Below, piece after piece: positions 1 through 13,556 of a stretch of DNA of 64,000 nucleotides. Both the position numbers and the translations under genes were made by a program. Each line of letters begins with the position of its first letter. Within the stretch, counting starts at the first letter, position 1. Below the pieces are notes generated by a model. The model saw only the letters and a list, made by a program, of their open reading frames with translations, searched no databases and was not told the origin of the DNA. Source of the DNA: Octopus vulgaris (taxonomy: Eukaryota); contig OX597823.1 of NCBI GenBank assembly GCA_951406725.2, positions 69,812,001-69,876,000 on the forward strand, in the 5' to 3' direction.

Positions 1-175
1 ACGAGTTGTGATATATAAAAAAGGAAATGAAGAAAACGGTGACAAAATAATTTAAGTAAGGGAGAGTGTATTTAATTAGGTGAAAGTTCTTTTTACCGGT
101 TGCGCATTTGTTATGCTTATCAAAAGATATTTTTTTTAAGAGAGATAGAGTTCCTTTCTGATAGATTTTTTTCTC

Positions 176-236
<61 letters not shown>

Positions 237-815
237 AGCATTTCAAAACAGATTTTAATATAGGCGCAAGGTTTGAAATTTGTTTTATAGGTGAGTCATT
301 TCGATATCTTTATTGGGTGTATTTCATTTTTTTCGACCCCGAAAGGATGACAGGCAAAATTGATTTCGACTGGGACCAAATATTTTGGTAGATGAATATG
401 TGCGGGAGGGATTTGGAAGAAGAAAGGATATTGGGATTAGATTACTAATGAACTCCTGATGCACATGTAGAAGACACAGTAAAGCTCCACGAGGCTCCGG
501 CAGAGGGTGGAGGCGACCCCTGTTGTGCTCTTTCGCCACAGCTTTCTTTCATTCTCTCTTCCTGTTTCTTGAGTAACGCTGCGATGGACTAGCGTCCTGT
601 TCAGCTGGGGGAAACACATACGCCACAGAAACCGGGAAACCGGGCCCATGAGCCGGGCTAGGCTTGAAAAGGGTGACGGAGGAGGATAGGACAGCTCAAT
701 CAGGTTAGAGATAGTGCTAAGTACAATGCTTACACACAGTAATGACATAATTAACTTTGTCAAGGATTTGAACATTGCAAAGCGATTGGAAATAAAATGG
801 TGAGAAAACCAAATA

Positions 816-870
<55 letters not shown>

Positions 871-1120
871 CTAAAATTCGTTTCTTTGAAATCGAAGTGT
901 GGAAATAAATGTTTGATTCTGCTCGTGATATCGTCAATAGTAATTTAAAACAAGTGGGTGTTTTGTAATAATTATAAATCACGTATCGGTGTTAAAACAC
1001 CTTGATTTGCTTTGTACTACTTGGGTGGTTGCGGTGATGGTAGAGGGGTGGATATTTTTAATCAATGATTAGGTTTAACTGTTCTGCAAAACTGTTCTGC
1101 TTAACACTTCTCCACCTTAC

Positions 1121-1552
1121 CTGCCCTTGTTTGCACTACAGTATTCAGAGTGATGTGATCGTAACGATGATTGCTTCAGGCAGTAGAGATAGATACGGCT
1201 GTAGGGATGGTGGATGGTCGTCGTCTTTGTCGTCGGCGGCGGTGGCGTCGTGCTGCTGCTGATGATGATGATGGTGATTATGATGATGGTGCTGATGCTG
1301 ATGCTGATGCTGGTGGTATTGGTGATGATGATGCGATATGGGTGTTGGTATTGATCATCGCCGTCGTAATGATGGTGGTGATGGTGGGGAGGCGGGGTTG
1401 GTGGATTTTTTAGTGGTAGTGTTGGTGGTGGTGATGGATTATACTGGTAGTGATGGTGCAAGTTATCGTTGTATCGGATATTTGAGTCTATTGTAGGAGG
1501 AATCAATAAAGCTTTTTGGGAAGTCAGTTACTACGGCAAAAGCGCGATGGTC
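1121..1552 (-). other. Putative non-coding (UTR/lncRNA) exon
   Basis: Minus-strand acceptor ttcttgcttacctctcAG before 1552 and donor CAG|GTAAGG after 1121. The body is trinucleotide-rich and all three frames from the acceptor contain stops. Confidence 0.3.
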
Positions 1553-2122
1553 CTGAGAGGTAAGCAAGAACTTTTTGTAACACTCGTGGTGCTGGCAGAC
1601 ACATTGTCTTGTTGTTGTTGCTACTACAATTACTGCTGCTGCTGTCTTCTTCTTCTTCTTCTTCTTCTTCTTCTTCTTCTTCCAATCAGGACTCACGCCA
1701 TTAGCCACAAAAAATAATTTCTAATTCGAGCCTACTCTAAGCTACTAAGAATGCGTGTTGCAACTTGAAGATCCACCCACCACACGCGATAGACTGGCGG
1801 TTGCACGGGCGCGAAAGCTACGTTGTTATCCTCATTCCGTAAACAATGGCTTTTAACTGGTGGAGAGCTGAACCATCCCAGAGTACAGAGGATTCGCAAT
1901 CTAGACTAGGGTCTCTGCTTTGTAGCAAAAGTAAGAAGAAAGAGTGAGAGAAAGTTGTGGTGAAAGAGTACAACGAAGTTCATCCATCAAATCCCCGCCC
2001 CCACCGGAGCCTCGTGTAGCTTAGGTGTTCTTGCATAATAGGGTTTAACTTGAGGGCGATTTGATTGTTTCGAGCAAACCGAGCAATCACGAAAAAGCTC
2101 GCCTTATTGAATTTATAGATGA

Positions 2123-2351
2123 AGGCAGCGAGCTGGCAGAAACGTTAACGCGCCGGGTGAAATGCTTAGCAGTATTTCGTCTGTCGCTACGTTCTGAGTT
2201 CAAATTCTGCCGAGGTCGACTTTGCCTTTCATCCTTCGGGGTTGATAAATAAAGTACCAGTTACGCACTGGGGTCGATATAATCGACTTAATCCCTTTGT
2301 CTGCCCTTGTTTGTCCCCCCTATGTTTGGCCCCTTGTGGGCAATAAATAAA
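2123..2351 (+). mobile_element. tRNA-derived SINE, family A
   Basis: Head ggcagcgagctggcagaaacgtta, B-box-like gagttcaaattc, body gtcgactttgcctttcatccttcgggg. Many homologous copies in the window. Confidence 0.85.
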
Positions 2352-3624
2352 TATGAATTGATAGATAAGTTATTAAAGATGCTGCTATTCAGTTCTAGAT
2401 TAACTTCGAATTAATAGTTGTGAAGACTTACAGCTTTAGCAAAACCGGATTTTACAGTGATCAAACAGCTCCCTAATCATTGGCATTCCAGGCGTGACCA
2501 TCCTATCTTTTTGAATGTCTAAAACTACATCTTCCAATGTGTCATTCCTCTTGCTTTGCGTAAGATTTAAGAGAAAATATGCTACTATTTTTAGCACATC
2601 GTGTGAAGTCGTAGCAGTTCCTCTCCTTCGTTAACTCAATAGAGATGATGTTGAGGAGAGCGGTGATTACAGAGGCGATGGCGTTTAGAGGACGTCATTG
2701 GCCTTAGTGAAAGCGGCGATAAACCATATAGAATTGCGCCATTATTTGTATCTATTCTATTGTATTGTATTGTATCTATTCTATATGATACTAATAATGT
2801 AATACTAATATATGATGGATAGTATGATTACTATGACAACGGCAATAATAATGTAAATGGTTAATCATGCTTTAAAAAAATAATAAAACGAGGCCTATAT
2901 ATGATCTACATATATGTATGTCTCTTCTATGTTTTAATTATTATAAATTTTCCACTGAAGAGGGAGCCGGTTTTCAACAGAGAGACAAGGCTCTATCTTT
3001 GGGATGTAATTAACACAGACAAATTCACATTTAGAACTTGAGAAAAATCTTGCATATTTATGCTGTTCCACTCACAGATTGCATTTGTAATGTACGGGTA
3101 TGTATGTATGTATGTATGTATGTATGTATGTATGTATGTATGTATGTATGTATGTATGTATGTATGATTAATTGCAATTAGTACATCAGCAAACTATACT
3201 ATTAAAAATTAATAGTAGTTTAATTTGCGAATGCGCGATTCTTGTTCTCATGATATACAAGTTAAATTATTTTCTATATTCTGCTTCTAAGATGTTGTTC
3301 GACAAGTTAGAAATAGCAGTAAAATCTTCCCTAAATTTCCCCTATCCATTTAAATAAGAAAATAGAACCAAAGAACCTATGATTAAAGGCATGGTTGGTA
3401 TGCCTTCAGTCATGGGTTATCTCGATCAGGATTGATATGCGACAAATCAATAGCAATCATAAATTTACTGATCCAAATATATAGAGTGAATCAATGAAGG
3501 AGCCACAATTCAAGAAGATCAGTGCGCAATGTTCAGCTGTCAAAAATACAATACGAAAATTAGAGATAATTTGGGAAATACTTTTCGCTTCACAGTACTA
3601 TTTTCTAATACATAACTTAATTTA

Positions 3625-3838
3625 AGCGGGTAGCTGGCCGAATCGTTAGCACGCCGGACAAAATGCTTAGCAGGATTTCGTCCACCTTTATGTTCCGAGT
3701 TCAAATTCTGCCGAGGTTGGATTTGCCTTTCAACATTTCGTGATCAAGGAAATAAGTACAACTTGAGCACTAGGGTCGATGTAAGCGACCAGCCCCCACC
3801 CTCAAAACTTCAGGCTCTTGAATCTATGATAGAGAGGA
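3625..3838 (+). mobile_element. SINE family A (diverged)
   Basis: Homologous to 2123-2351 (gctggccgaatcgttagcacgccgg...gagttcaaattctgccgagg). Confidence 0.8.
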
Positions 3839-3894
3839 ATATATATAATTACGATTATGTAACTATTTTGAAAAACTTCTGATGTGAAATTGTG

Positions 3895-4278
3895 TGTTGA
3901 AACAAATATCGTTATATTTCGGGACGGTCATTTTTTCCCTTTTGTCAATTAAACACGCACTATATATTCGTTCTTCACTTCAGGTTGGTTATAGTTCCTA
4001 TTTTATGTCCTTTGTCTAGAAAGCTTTCGTCACACATTCGGTGACCTCTTCAGCCACACTCCATCCCGCGTGTCTTGTCCTATTCTGCTTAGTCCATCAG
4101 AACAAGAGAAGGCACGCAGGATGGAGAGTCGCTGAAGAGGTCACAGGCTGTGTGACGAAAGAATTCCAGACAAATGGCATAAAATCAGAACAATAATAAA
4201 TTTGAAGTGAAGAAAGAAGGGCGTGTTTATTTGTCAAAAAATGACCGTCCCAAAATATAACAATATATATCTAAACAA
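3895..4278. repeat. Fold-back (inverted-repeat) element with a hammerhead-like motif in each arm; Penelope pLTR-like
   Basis: Arms of about 190 bp are reverse-complementary around ~4090. CTGAAGA-g-gtcaca-ggctg-tgtgac-GAAA at 4132-4160 (+) and the equivalent at 4053-4025 (-). Confidence 0.75.
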
Positions 4279-5151
4279 CTTACATTTTGCGTTCTATCAA
4301 AAATCCATTTACATTTTTTGCTATATTATTGGAATATATATCAAACCCAGTTCTTGACAGTCATTATATTATCGATCTTGGAAGTAATAAATGCAAGGTT
4401 AATCTACCCAAGATTTCAACACAGGAGTTGCAGGAACCGTCACAAAACACAGCAAAGCATCCTTTTATTTGACGCTCTAACGATGTGCAAATCCAGTATG
4501 TAAACCTATTTCCATACATAAAGCACAAATGCTTATTTATATTTACCTACTCCAGTCAATCGAACCATAAATAATTTAATATATTGTTTCCCCTTACCAG
4601 TATAAATCGGTTACCCACCCTATTGATATTTTCGAAGAACCTGTGCTATCCATGCACGACAAGCATGTGAACTGAATCGATGCAATGTATAGCTACTTTC
4701 TCGAAAGAAAACATATTACTTGCATTGGATTGGAAGACATTATGCACGAGCAAATAGGTCTACGCTGCCTCTCACTCCCACCAGTGCGTTTTTATATACG
4801 TATATGAACACATCAGCTGGATATAGTGTTTGTTGTCGCCACAAGACATGCTCCCGTGCTAAACATACTACTCAGGGATAAAATATAAGCATACATACTG
4901 TAGACTATTTCTATGCACGTTATGACTTCTGCTTGACTTAATCTTTGCGCTCTGTATGCGTGTATAGTCAGATTTGCAAACAAATTATAACTAGATTAAA
5001 TTACGATACTGACAGATTTTTTCAGGAATAAGGAAAGCTTACTATCTCGAAGCATGTGCCACGCCGGTTAGCTAGTATACACTGTACACAGAATATATGA
5101 CCAGGCAAATATATATACATGTGTATGAGTGTGTATTTGGTGGGGTTCGTG

Positions 5152-5221
<70 letters not shown>

Positions 5222-5689
5222 CACACACGTACATTGCTTAATGTTGGAGGAAAGAAGAAGAAATGGACAATGTATGTCGTAGAGGTTATGTTGTTTTATT
5301 AAAACTCTCCGTTATAATTCTAAAAAACTATATACGCACACACATTCACGCGCACCAACACGCACGGATACGCATATGTACACACACAAACACACACGCA
5401 TACATACACACACATATACATTCCACAAAAAGTCACCTGGTGATTTGAAATATTTTAAAATATTTTATAATTTATAAATATAATTTCCACACTTTTTTAG
5501 TACTCAAAAATAGTTTTATACAGAGTAAAGATTTAAGCATAATATATATAGTCCTATTTAATTATGAAAAATTTACATTACGTGACAGACCTCCAATTTC
5601 GACTTCACAGACTCGTGGTGGGCAAAAAATTTCGGAAGTTCACGAAATTATTCGACGGCTAAAAGTTTGCGTTAGAAGTTCCATAGATG

Positions 5690-6523
5690 CTTCGTCGCTC
5701 CATCTTATTGAAACCATATCTCAGGTTTGTTCTGCACGCTGCTGATCATGACCCGATAACACTCACTAGTGATTGCAATTGCATTGACATTTTCATTTTC
5801 AAAAATTATAAAGTCCAGTGGTTATTTCTGACATTACACCACATGAGACTGTGTTTTTGAAAAGATGCGGCTTGCGTTGATGAATATTCCTAGAATCCTC
5901 TAATCCCCAAATCCAACAATTATCGTTATTAACAAAACTGTCTAAATAAAAATAAGCATTGTCACTCGTAATCAACTTATAAATAAATTCGTTGTCTTCA
6001 AAAGTCGCCCTTTGAATCTTGACCGAGTTATTTAAGCATTTTTGATGATCTGTCGGTTGTAAATTCTCTACCAATTTTAGTTTGTATGAGTACAGATGCA
6101 AATCTTAGTATGCGATGCAATGACGTCCGAGATATCCTGAACTGGTCAGAGCGTCTGCGAATCGATGTTCCTGGATTTTGTTCAACGCGGTCTTGCACAC
6201 GCTCACGATTCATCTTCGAAGTCATAGTACGTGGTCTTCCACATCATGGTAAGTCACTCACTGAACCATATTTCCTACAACACTGAATCAACAGATGAAT
6301 CATGAAATTGGATTATGGTTTTCTGGCACTGAAGTGTCGGCAGAATTCGCTTCGGGTGCAAATGGTGGATTGGTTAAATATAAAATACATTGTTCACATG
6401 TGGAGTTTTCCATGGATAATTTTCTCATGCTAATCTAAGTTCTGAAAAGAAAAAGAAATAAGTATGAAAACTCTAACGTTATGACATTTTGAAATTCTTT
6501 GGTAAGTTTTGAGACACCCTGTA
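5690..6523 (-). mobile_element. Decayed Tc1/mariner-superfamily transposon (transposase pseudogene)
   Basis: Terminus TA-CAGGGTGTCTCAAAA at 6523-6507. Frameshifted ORFs NPGTSIRRRS..ISRTSLHRIL, LHLYSYKLKLVENL and ITSDNAYFYLDSFVNNDNCWIWG (degenerate SDEA..F.L.G.VN.QN.R.W motif). Left end uncertain. Confidence 0.8.
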
Positions 6524-6646
6524 TACACAAACAGAAACATATGTCTGTGTGTATGTATGTATGTATGTATGTATGTATGTATGTATGTATGTATGTATGT
6601 ATGTATGTATGTATGTATGTATGTATGAATGTATGTATGTATGTAT

Positions 6647-6809
6647 AGACGTAGGAGTGGCTGTGTGGTAAGTAGCTTGCTTACGAACCACATGGTTCCG
6701 GGTTCAGTCCCACTGTGTGGCATCTTGGGCAAGTATCTTCTACTATAGCTTCGGGATGACCAAAGCCTTGTGAGTGGATTTCGTAGACGGAAACTGAAAG
6801 AAGCTCGTC

Positions 6810-6887
<78 letters not shown>

Positions 6888-7086
6888 GTTTGTCCCCCTA
6901 ACATCGCTTGACAACCGATGCTGGTGTGTTTACGTCCCCGTAACATAGGGGTTCGTGAAAAAAGACCGATAGTATAAGTACTAGGCTTACAAAGAATAAG
7001 TCCTGAGGTCGATTTGCTCGACTAAAGGCGGTGCTCCAACATGACTACAGTCAAATGACTGAAACAAGTAAAAGAGTAAAAGAGTA
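6647..7086 (+). mobile_element. tRNA-derived SINE, family B, with internal (TG)n
   Basis: Head gacgtaggagtggctgtgtggtaag, B-box gggttcagtccc, internal microsatellite and tail gactgaaacaagtaaaagag. Many copies in the window. Confidence 0.85.
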
Positions 7087-7377
7087 TGCATATGGTGCAC
7101 CAGAACGTTAAAAAATGGTTTGAAATTTAGAAATTTTCATAATGCTTTAATTAAATAAATCTTATATAATCAATATGCAAAAATATGATACTATTTCTAG
7201 TTTCTTATTAACTTTTCGGGCAACTTGTATATACACATTCATATCTGGATTCATAAAGGAATTAAATTATCTTTTGGGCTACAATGGTTTCAGTGTTTTT
7301 TGTACTTTTTCTATCTCTAAGGAAATATAAGAAATATTATGAAAATATATATTTTTAAAGATTCTTTAGTAATATGG

Positions 7378-7591
7378 TATTTACTCTTTTACTCTTTTAA
7401 TTGTTTCAGTCACTTGACTGTGGCCATGCTGGAGCACCGCCTTTAGTCGAGCCTAGTACTCATTCTATCGGTCTCTTTTGCCGAACCGCTAATTTACAGA
7501 AACGTAAACACACCAGCATCGGTTGTCAAATGATGTTGGAGAACAAACACAGACACACAAACATATAGACACACACACAAACACACACACA

Positions 7592-7632
<41 letters not shown>

Positions 7633-7832
7633 TTTATTTAAAAGCAGCAGCAGAAAATTCAAAAAGACCTGTTACTCTGAGCTTCACGTTCCCGTTCGAA
7701 CGGGAACGTGAAGCTCAGAGTAACAGGTTTTGTTGAATTTTCTGCTGCTGCTTTTAAATAAAGCATATAACTCTACCACTGGTATTTGAGTACTCTTTGT
7801 TCCACCTTGTTTCACATTTATCTGTTTACTCC

Positions 7833-7891
<59 letters not shown>

Positions 7892-8053
7892 GACGGACTT
7901 CTTTCGGTTTCCGTCTACCAAATCCACTCACAAGGTTTTGGTCGGCCCGAGGCTATAATAGAATACACTTGCCCAAGTTGCCACGCAGTGGGACTGAATC
8001 CGGAACCATGTGGTTCGAAAGTAAGCTACTTACCGCACAGTCACTCGTGCGCT
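7378..8053 (-). mobile_element. SINE family B, carrying a palindromic insertion in its internal (TA)n
   Basis: Reverse complement of 6647-7086, interrupted at 7632-7815. Confidence 0.85.
7632..7763. repeat. Near-perfect 132-bp palindrome
   Basis: ctttatttaaaagcagcagcag...cccgttcgaacggg...ctgctgctgcttttaaataaag, centred on TTCGAA (7695-7700) with no spacer and few mismatches. Confidence 0.95.
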
Positions 8054-8906
8054 TATTTCTTCAACAATTTTTGAATTAATCTTTTTTCTTTCTATACCCA
8101 ACTTCCCTATTTCCCTTAATAATAACCCTCAATCCTGGAGGATAATCTCCCTTAATGACATGTTATTTTTCCCTCAACTCGAAGAAACTGCATCGTTTCT
8201 GTCGTCTTAATCATTTGTTTTTTATCTGTTTATATCTGTGTGTGTATGTGTGTATGTGTGTGTTTTCTGTGTGTGAGTAATACCACTTGTGTAGGTCCAG
8301 TGAATTTACAATCACATTTAACAGAGTTATTCACTTTAACGGAAGAGAAATTGAGTATAAAAAATATATTTGAAAACTTCTTGTTTTGTTTTTGTTTTGG
8401 TTTTTTTTTCCCATATTTATTACAAAATGAAGGAAAGAGACCATTAGTAAATTGGCTTCTATTCTTAAAACAGTTTGGCAAAGAATGCAAAAAACTGTGA
8501 ATATATTTCGATATTATTATTTGCTAACCAATCTATATTTTTCAGTGAAGTAGAGATTTGTTAGCAAATTTGAACTTTATATATAATTTAACTACATCCA
8601 CTTTTGCTAAACCCGCTATAGAGAAGTTTCCGCTTGGTCATAAATCTTAGCCCAGTCAAATCACGCTTCAAAATAGAAAGACGCAATGAATAATGCACTC
8701 TTACAACCGGAGAAAAGACGGAGCAGCCACAGCTAGGATGTCTATGATCAAAGATCAGCTCCATGAGTATTCACTTGGGCTAATTTACAGCTTATATACT
8801 GTATTTTTACATACATGAGATGTAGTATATATATGTGTATTTTTTTTATACAAAATCCCTTAACTAGAAAATGAAGACTAAAATTTGTGAAATTACTGGA
8901 ACTCAC

Positions 8907-9372
8907 CTGAAATTTGTCTCAGGTCCTCATTTATTGTATACAAGCTACAGAGATAGCTTTGGAGAATGCAGCTATTTTCTCTTTATAGTTACTGCTGCTG
9001 CTGATTGTTGTTGCTGTTGTTGTTAAGCAACAAGACAGGTAAAGGTGATTAGGTGATGGTCTAGGGCTTAGGGGCGGAAGACCCCAGACCTTGGAAAAAA
9101 AAAACTTTGGTCGTCTTGTTGTAGTCGAGGGCTCTTCGTTGACGCCCGACACCACTGGGAGGTGGCCCTCGAAGTCGCTGGAAATGGAGATCTCCAGGTC
9201 CAAATTCGTGAACGGCTGCTACTGCTGATGCTGCTGCAGTTACTGTTGTGGATGTTTTTTGTTGTTGTTGTTGTTGTTGCTGATGCTGTCGTTGTTATTA
9301 TAGTTGCTTTACTTCTTCTTCGTCTTATTACTATTGTCGTTGTTTTTATTATTATCCTTATTGCTTCTCCTG
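8907..9372 (-). other. Putative non-coding (UTR/lncRNA) exon
   Basis: Consensus donor CAG|GTGAGT after 8907 and acceptor aatactttacAG before 9372. GC-enriched unique core; no frame is open throughout. Confidence 0.3.
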
Positions 9373-10120
9373 CTGTAAAGTATTAGCTGTTATTTTACAC
9401 ATGATTTTTGTTATATGTTTTATTTTGTTTTTTCATCTTTCTTTTGTATTGATTTGAGTTCTTAATTTTAATATTTCATTTGTCTTCAGAAATAATATGT
9501 GATTGATCCGTAACTATTTTTTTTTCCTTACACAATCTTTTTTTTTTTTTAGATTAGAAATTTTAAAAATCAGTTTTAATTCAGTAATTATTGAATATCT
9601 TAGCTATTTTATTGAATGATCGATTGAATATATGTCAGTTAATTGTATTGATCGCATGTAATATATACTTATAAATATTTTATTTATTTCTCGTTTTCAT
9701 TTTAGGTTTCATCAGATTGAAGTTCTTCAGATTATAAATGTTAGTTAATAAATTATATATGTGTGTGTGTAATTATGTGTATACGTGCGTGTGTATGTGT
9801 GTTTGAGTGTACCTGTATGTAGATAAACAATATTCATAACTACGCACTTGAACACGTGTGCATGTGTGTATATATGTGTGCGTGCGTATATTTGTGGGTG
9901 TGCGCACATGTGTATGTATGTGCGTGTGTGAATGTACATGTATATGTAGGTTGTTAGGTATCATATTAAGCCTAGACTATTTCTAGCACAGTATACGGCA
10001 AAATATTCACCCCATCATCAGTTAACAGTCGATCTTATTGGACAATCGACTGAAAGGAACAACTATTCCGCCCATTTTTTTAACGAGGATAGACACACAT
10101 ACATTATAGAGTCATTTGTT

Positions 10121-10177
<57 letters not shown>

Positions 10178-10202
10178 TATATTCATAGTGACAGTCAGAA
10201 AT

Positions 10203-10288
<86 letters not shown>

Positions 10289-10804
10289 GTCATCAGTAAG
10301 TTTTGTAAATATTTCTCATAGCTTCTTTTTCTTTACAAGAGAAATTGTGCACACGCAGCTTAAACGAATCACTTAGAAATTCATTTTGCAGCCATAAGTT
10401 CCCGGAGTCGATATCACTGACTGGCATCTAGGACAAATTTCATTTTCGAGAGCCACATGTGGCCCCTTATTTTGGGAGTGAAATGGGGGATAAAAGTCAG
10501 ATGTACTTGTAATTCAAAAAGTACACCTTTGTTACACAGTATTCTACAGTTGATTCTGCCTGAAAATTACATTCAGGGTGCACGATTCTGTATATTCTTG
10601 AGCCTAATAACTTCGGTATAATATTTACTGAGTACTTCGTAGGTTTAATCATGTTAAACTGCATTACGAGCTTTGACTCATAAGAAACATAATTTTGAAT
10701 ATATATATATTGCTCTCTACAAGGCATAAGGTTTACATGACCTATATCTGACATGTTACTTCTCATTCGGTCTATGATTGGCACATTTCACTTACTGTTT
10801 AGCC

Positions 10805-10880
10805 CAGTGGTTCCCAAACTTTTTCTACTCACAGCACACCTTACAAAAAGCCAAAATATTTTGACGCACTTTGTACATAA
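10805..10880 (+). mobile_element. hAT-like terminal fragment
   Basis: Begins CAGTGGTTCCCAAACTTTTT, a typical hAT (Charlie-type) terminus. Partner end not located. Confidence 0.45.
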
Positions 10881-12452
10881 ATTCTAAAATTTATTCAAAA
10901 AGGGTTTTTATACACATTAGCATAGCATAAACTATAAAGTAATATATAGATAATTAAAAATACAGAAAAATTGCATGTACTTACCCTTTATTCCATATAT
11001 GAAGCAAAGTTATCAATGAGAAACATGTTTTTTTTTAACGTTTTCAATATTGGGACGTATTAGAAAAACACAAACCCTCAATTCGATAAAAGAAAACAAA
11101 ATCTGCAGCCTTCCGTCTCAATAAACCACTATTGTTCCTGAAAGTTGATTTTTATATTCCCTACGGAATGCTTAAAGTTAACTTTCTTTCTACACCTTGA
11201 TCCCTGGATCTTACATTTATATATATTTTTCCCTCTGAAGATATTATGCTCAGGTCATATGAATTTAATATTGAATTAGATTCACTGAATATTAATTGAA
11301 ACAACTGTAAGAGATGATGATTGATTTTTTTGTTAATAATAAACAATTATCAACTTCCCGGTCTCCATTTTCCAGGTAAAAGTGGTAAAATCTAAGTGAG
11401 GTGTATACCGCCGGCTACTCTTCAGGCCAAGGATAACTTGATTAGATTACAGGCTACATTGTCCTAAGGAGGTATTTATTGGCGCAAAGATTCAATCAGA
11501 GTGTGTGGATGTCACAACATCTGAAGGGTATATAAATGAGGGTTGGAATAAGTAATAGAAGAAGGGAAGAAAGGAGGGAATGAAAAATAAATGAGTGAAT
11601 AAAATACAATAAAATAGAATATAGGGGAATGAGAGAAAGGTGGAATTGGACGGGTCGGTGGTAGATAATATAGTAGTTTTAGTTTAATTACAGAATTCAA
11701 TAGTGAGATTGGCATTTGAAGAGAAGAGGAATTTTAGGGGAGGGTACAAATGAAAATATGTATGAATAAAGCAAGGTAGGCTGGGGAGTTTAAACACGAC
11801 TAGGGGTTTTATGGTCAAAAGGTGTAAATTGGTACGAGAAAAAACAACGAATGAAGTGGTGAAGAGGTATGTAGGCGTATGTATTTGTACGTTTACGGGT
11901 GGCATGGGTAGGAGGAGAGAGGGCATTAAATCTATTCTCGAAATACAAATAATTACAACCGCACCTCGCCCTTGTGCCCCCCCCCATAACTCTCATATAT
12001 TCTTTTTCTCACTCATCCACCCTCACTAACCACTGAGTATTAAACCAATAATATTCTTTCTTCCCCTTTAATTCCTTAATCGTTAATTACAATTTTCTAT
12101 TCGTATTTTTACTAACTTCCTAAAATATTCTTCTCCCCTTATATTTCAGCCCCCCTCCACCCGTAAACGTACAAATACATGGGCCTTCATACGTCTTCAC
12201 CATTTCATTCGCTTTTTCTTTTTCTTGTATCAATTTACGCCTTTTGACCATAAAACCACTAGCCATGCTTAAATTCCCCACCCCACATTGCTTTTATTCA
12301 TACATACTTTCTTTTATCCTCCAATACCAAACATATTTCCATATCCTCTCCTTTCCAATGCCAATCTCACTACTGAATGCTGTGATTAAGCTAAAACTAC
12401 TATATTATCTACCACAGACCCGCCCGCTCATCCTTTCTTTCACTCCCATATA

Positions 12453-13377
12453 TCAGGTCATCCCATAAGTTCTGTCCGAATTTTGAATAAAGAAAACAAG
12501 TGATCAAATGTTATAATTAATTGAAATGTAATCATCAATGTACTTTCCCTGGTTATCTATGACTTCCTTCTATCTATTTACAAGCATTTTAATCCCATCT
12601 ATGTAAAACTTTTTTAGTTTCAAAGCGAAGGACTCTGAAATGTCAGTTTCGACCTCCTCCTGGCTTGCGAAGGTTATGTCCCTCAAATGATTCTGTAAAC
12701 TACGAAACAAATGATAGTCTGAAGGAGCAAGGCTGGGAGAATAAGGTGGATGAGGAATTTTTTCCCAACCAAGCTTTTCGATCACCTGTGATGTGATCTT
12801 TGGAGTGGGGGGGTCACTCATTGTCCTTTTTGGACAATTCATTTTCCAAGTTTAGGAACCTTTCCAAGTTGTTGAAGATGACGATGAACAGTTGTATGGT
12901 TTGAACTAAGCTTTATTGCTAATTCTTCAACTGATAATGCAGGATTTTCTTCAGGTAATGCCTCAAGGAGCTTATCATCAAACTCAACTGGACGTCCTGT
13001 TCGATCTTCATCTTCGAGGCTGAAATCTCCACTTCTGAATTTTGCAAACCATCTTCTGCAAGTTCTTTCATTCAAGCATTCTTTCCCATAAACTGAAAAA
13101 CTGAAAGTATGCTTCGAGTTGGTTTGGCTGCAGAGTTTCTGTTTTTGTACTCATAAAGCATTATATACCTCAAATGCTCTTTAGATACTTCCATGCTAGA
13201 AAGGGTTTTAATCAAAGAAATCTTAATTCTATAATTCTGTAAAATAATATTTAATTAGTTTAAATGTACACAAATGCATAAAAATATTTTTAAATTCATT
13301 AGACATTCTAAAATACTATTAAATTTCATTCAAATTTAAAAAAGTTAAAATCGGACAGAACTTATGGGATGACCTGA
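12453..13377 (-). mobile_element. Mariner transposon, internally deleted
   Basis: TIRs TCAGGTCATCCCATAAGTTCTGTCCGA at both ends, flanked by TA. Transposase from ATG 13194 (MEVSKEHLRY...RRWFAKFRSGDFSLEDEDRTGRP) jumps to HPPYSPSLAPSDYHLF; the central catalytic region is missing. Confidence 0.95.
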
Positions 13378-13556
13378 TATTTTATTGTATTTCATTCATT
13401 CATTTATTTTTCATTCTCTTCTTTCTTCCTTTTTTCTATAACTTATTTCTTCCCTCATTTATATACCTCTCACATACTGTGCCCTCGATATATTCTGACT
13501 GAATCTTTGCGTCAACATGTACCCCTTTGGGACAATGTAGCCTTTAATCTAATGAA

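Noticed and set aside
437-982. 181-aa minus-strand ORF with a hydrophobic stretch resembling an ion-channel TM segment
   Set aside because: It is built from (GA)n and SINE-derived sequence; 480-570 matches the repeat at 38587-38680. No supported homology.
1497-1559. Possible 63-nt plus-strand coding exon (GGINKAFWEVSYYGKSAMVLRG)
   Set aside because: Weak acceptor, no recognised homology, and its donor overlaps the minus-strand acceptor, so one of the two is probably coincidental.
9690-9740. CTGATGA/CTGAAGA...GAAA on the minus strand and a possible 34-nt plus-strand exon
   Set aside because: No stem II pairing for a ribozyme; the exon is supported only by splice-like signals.
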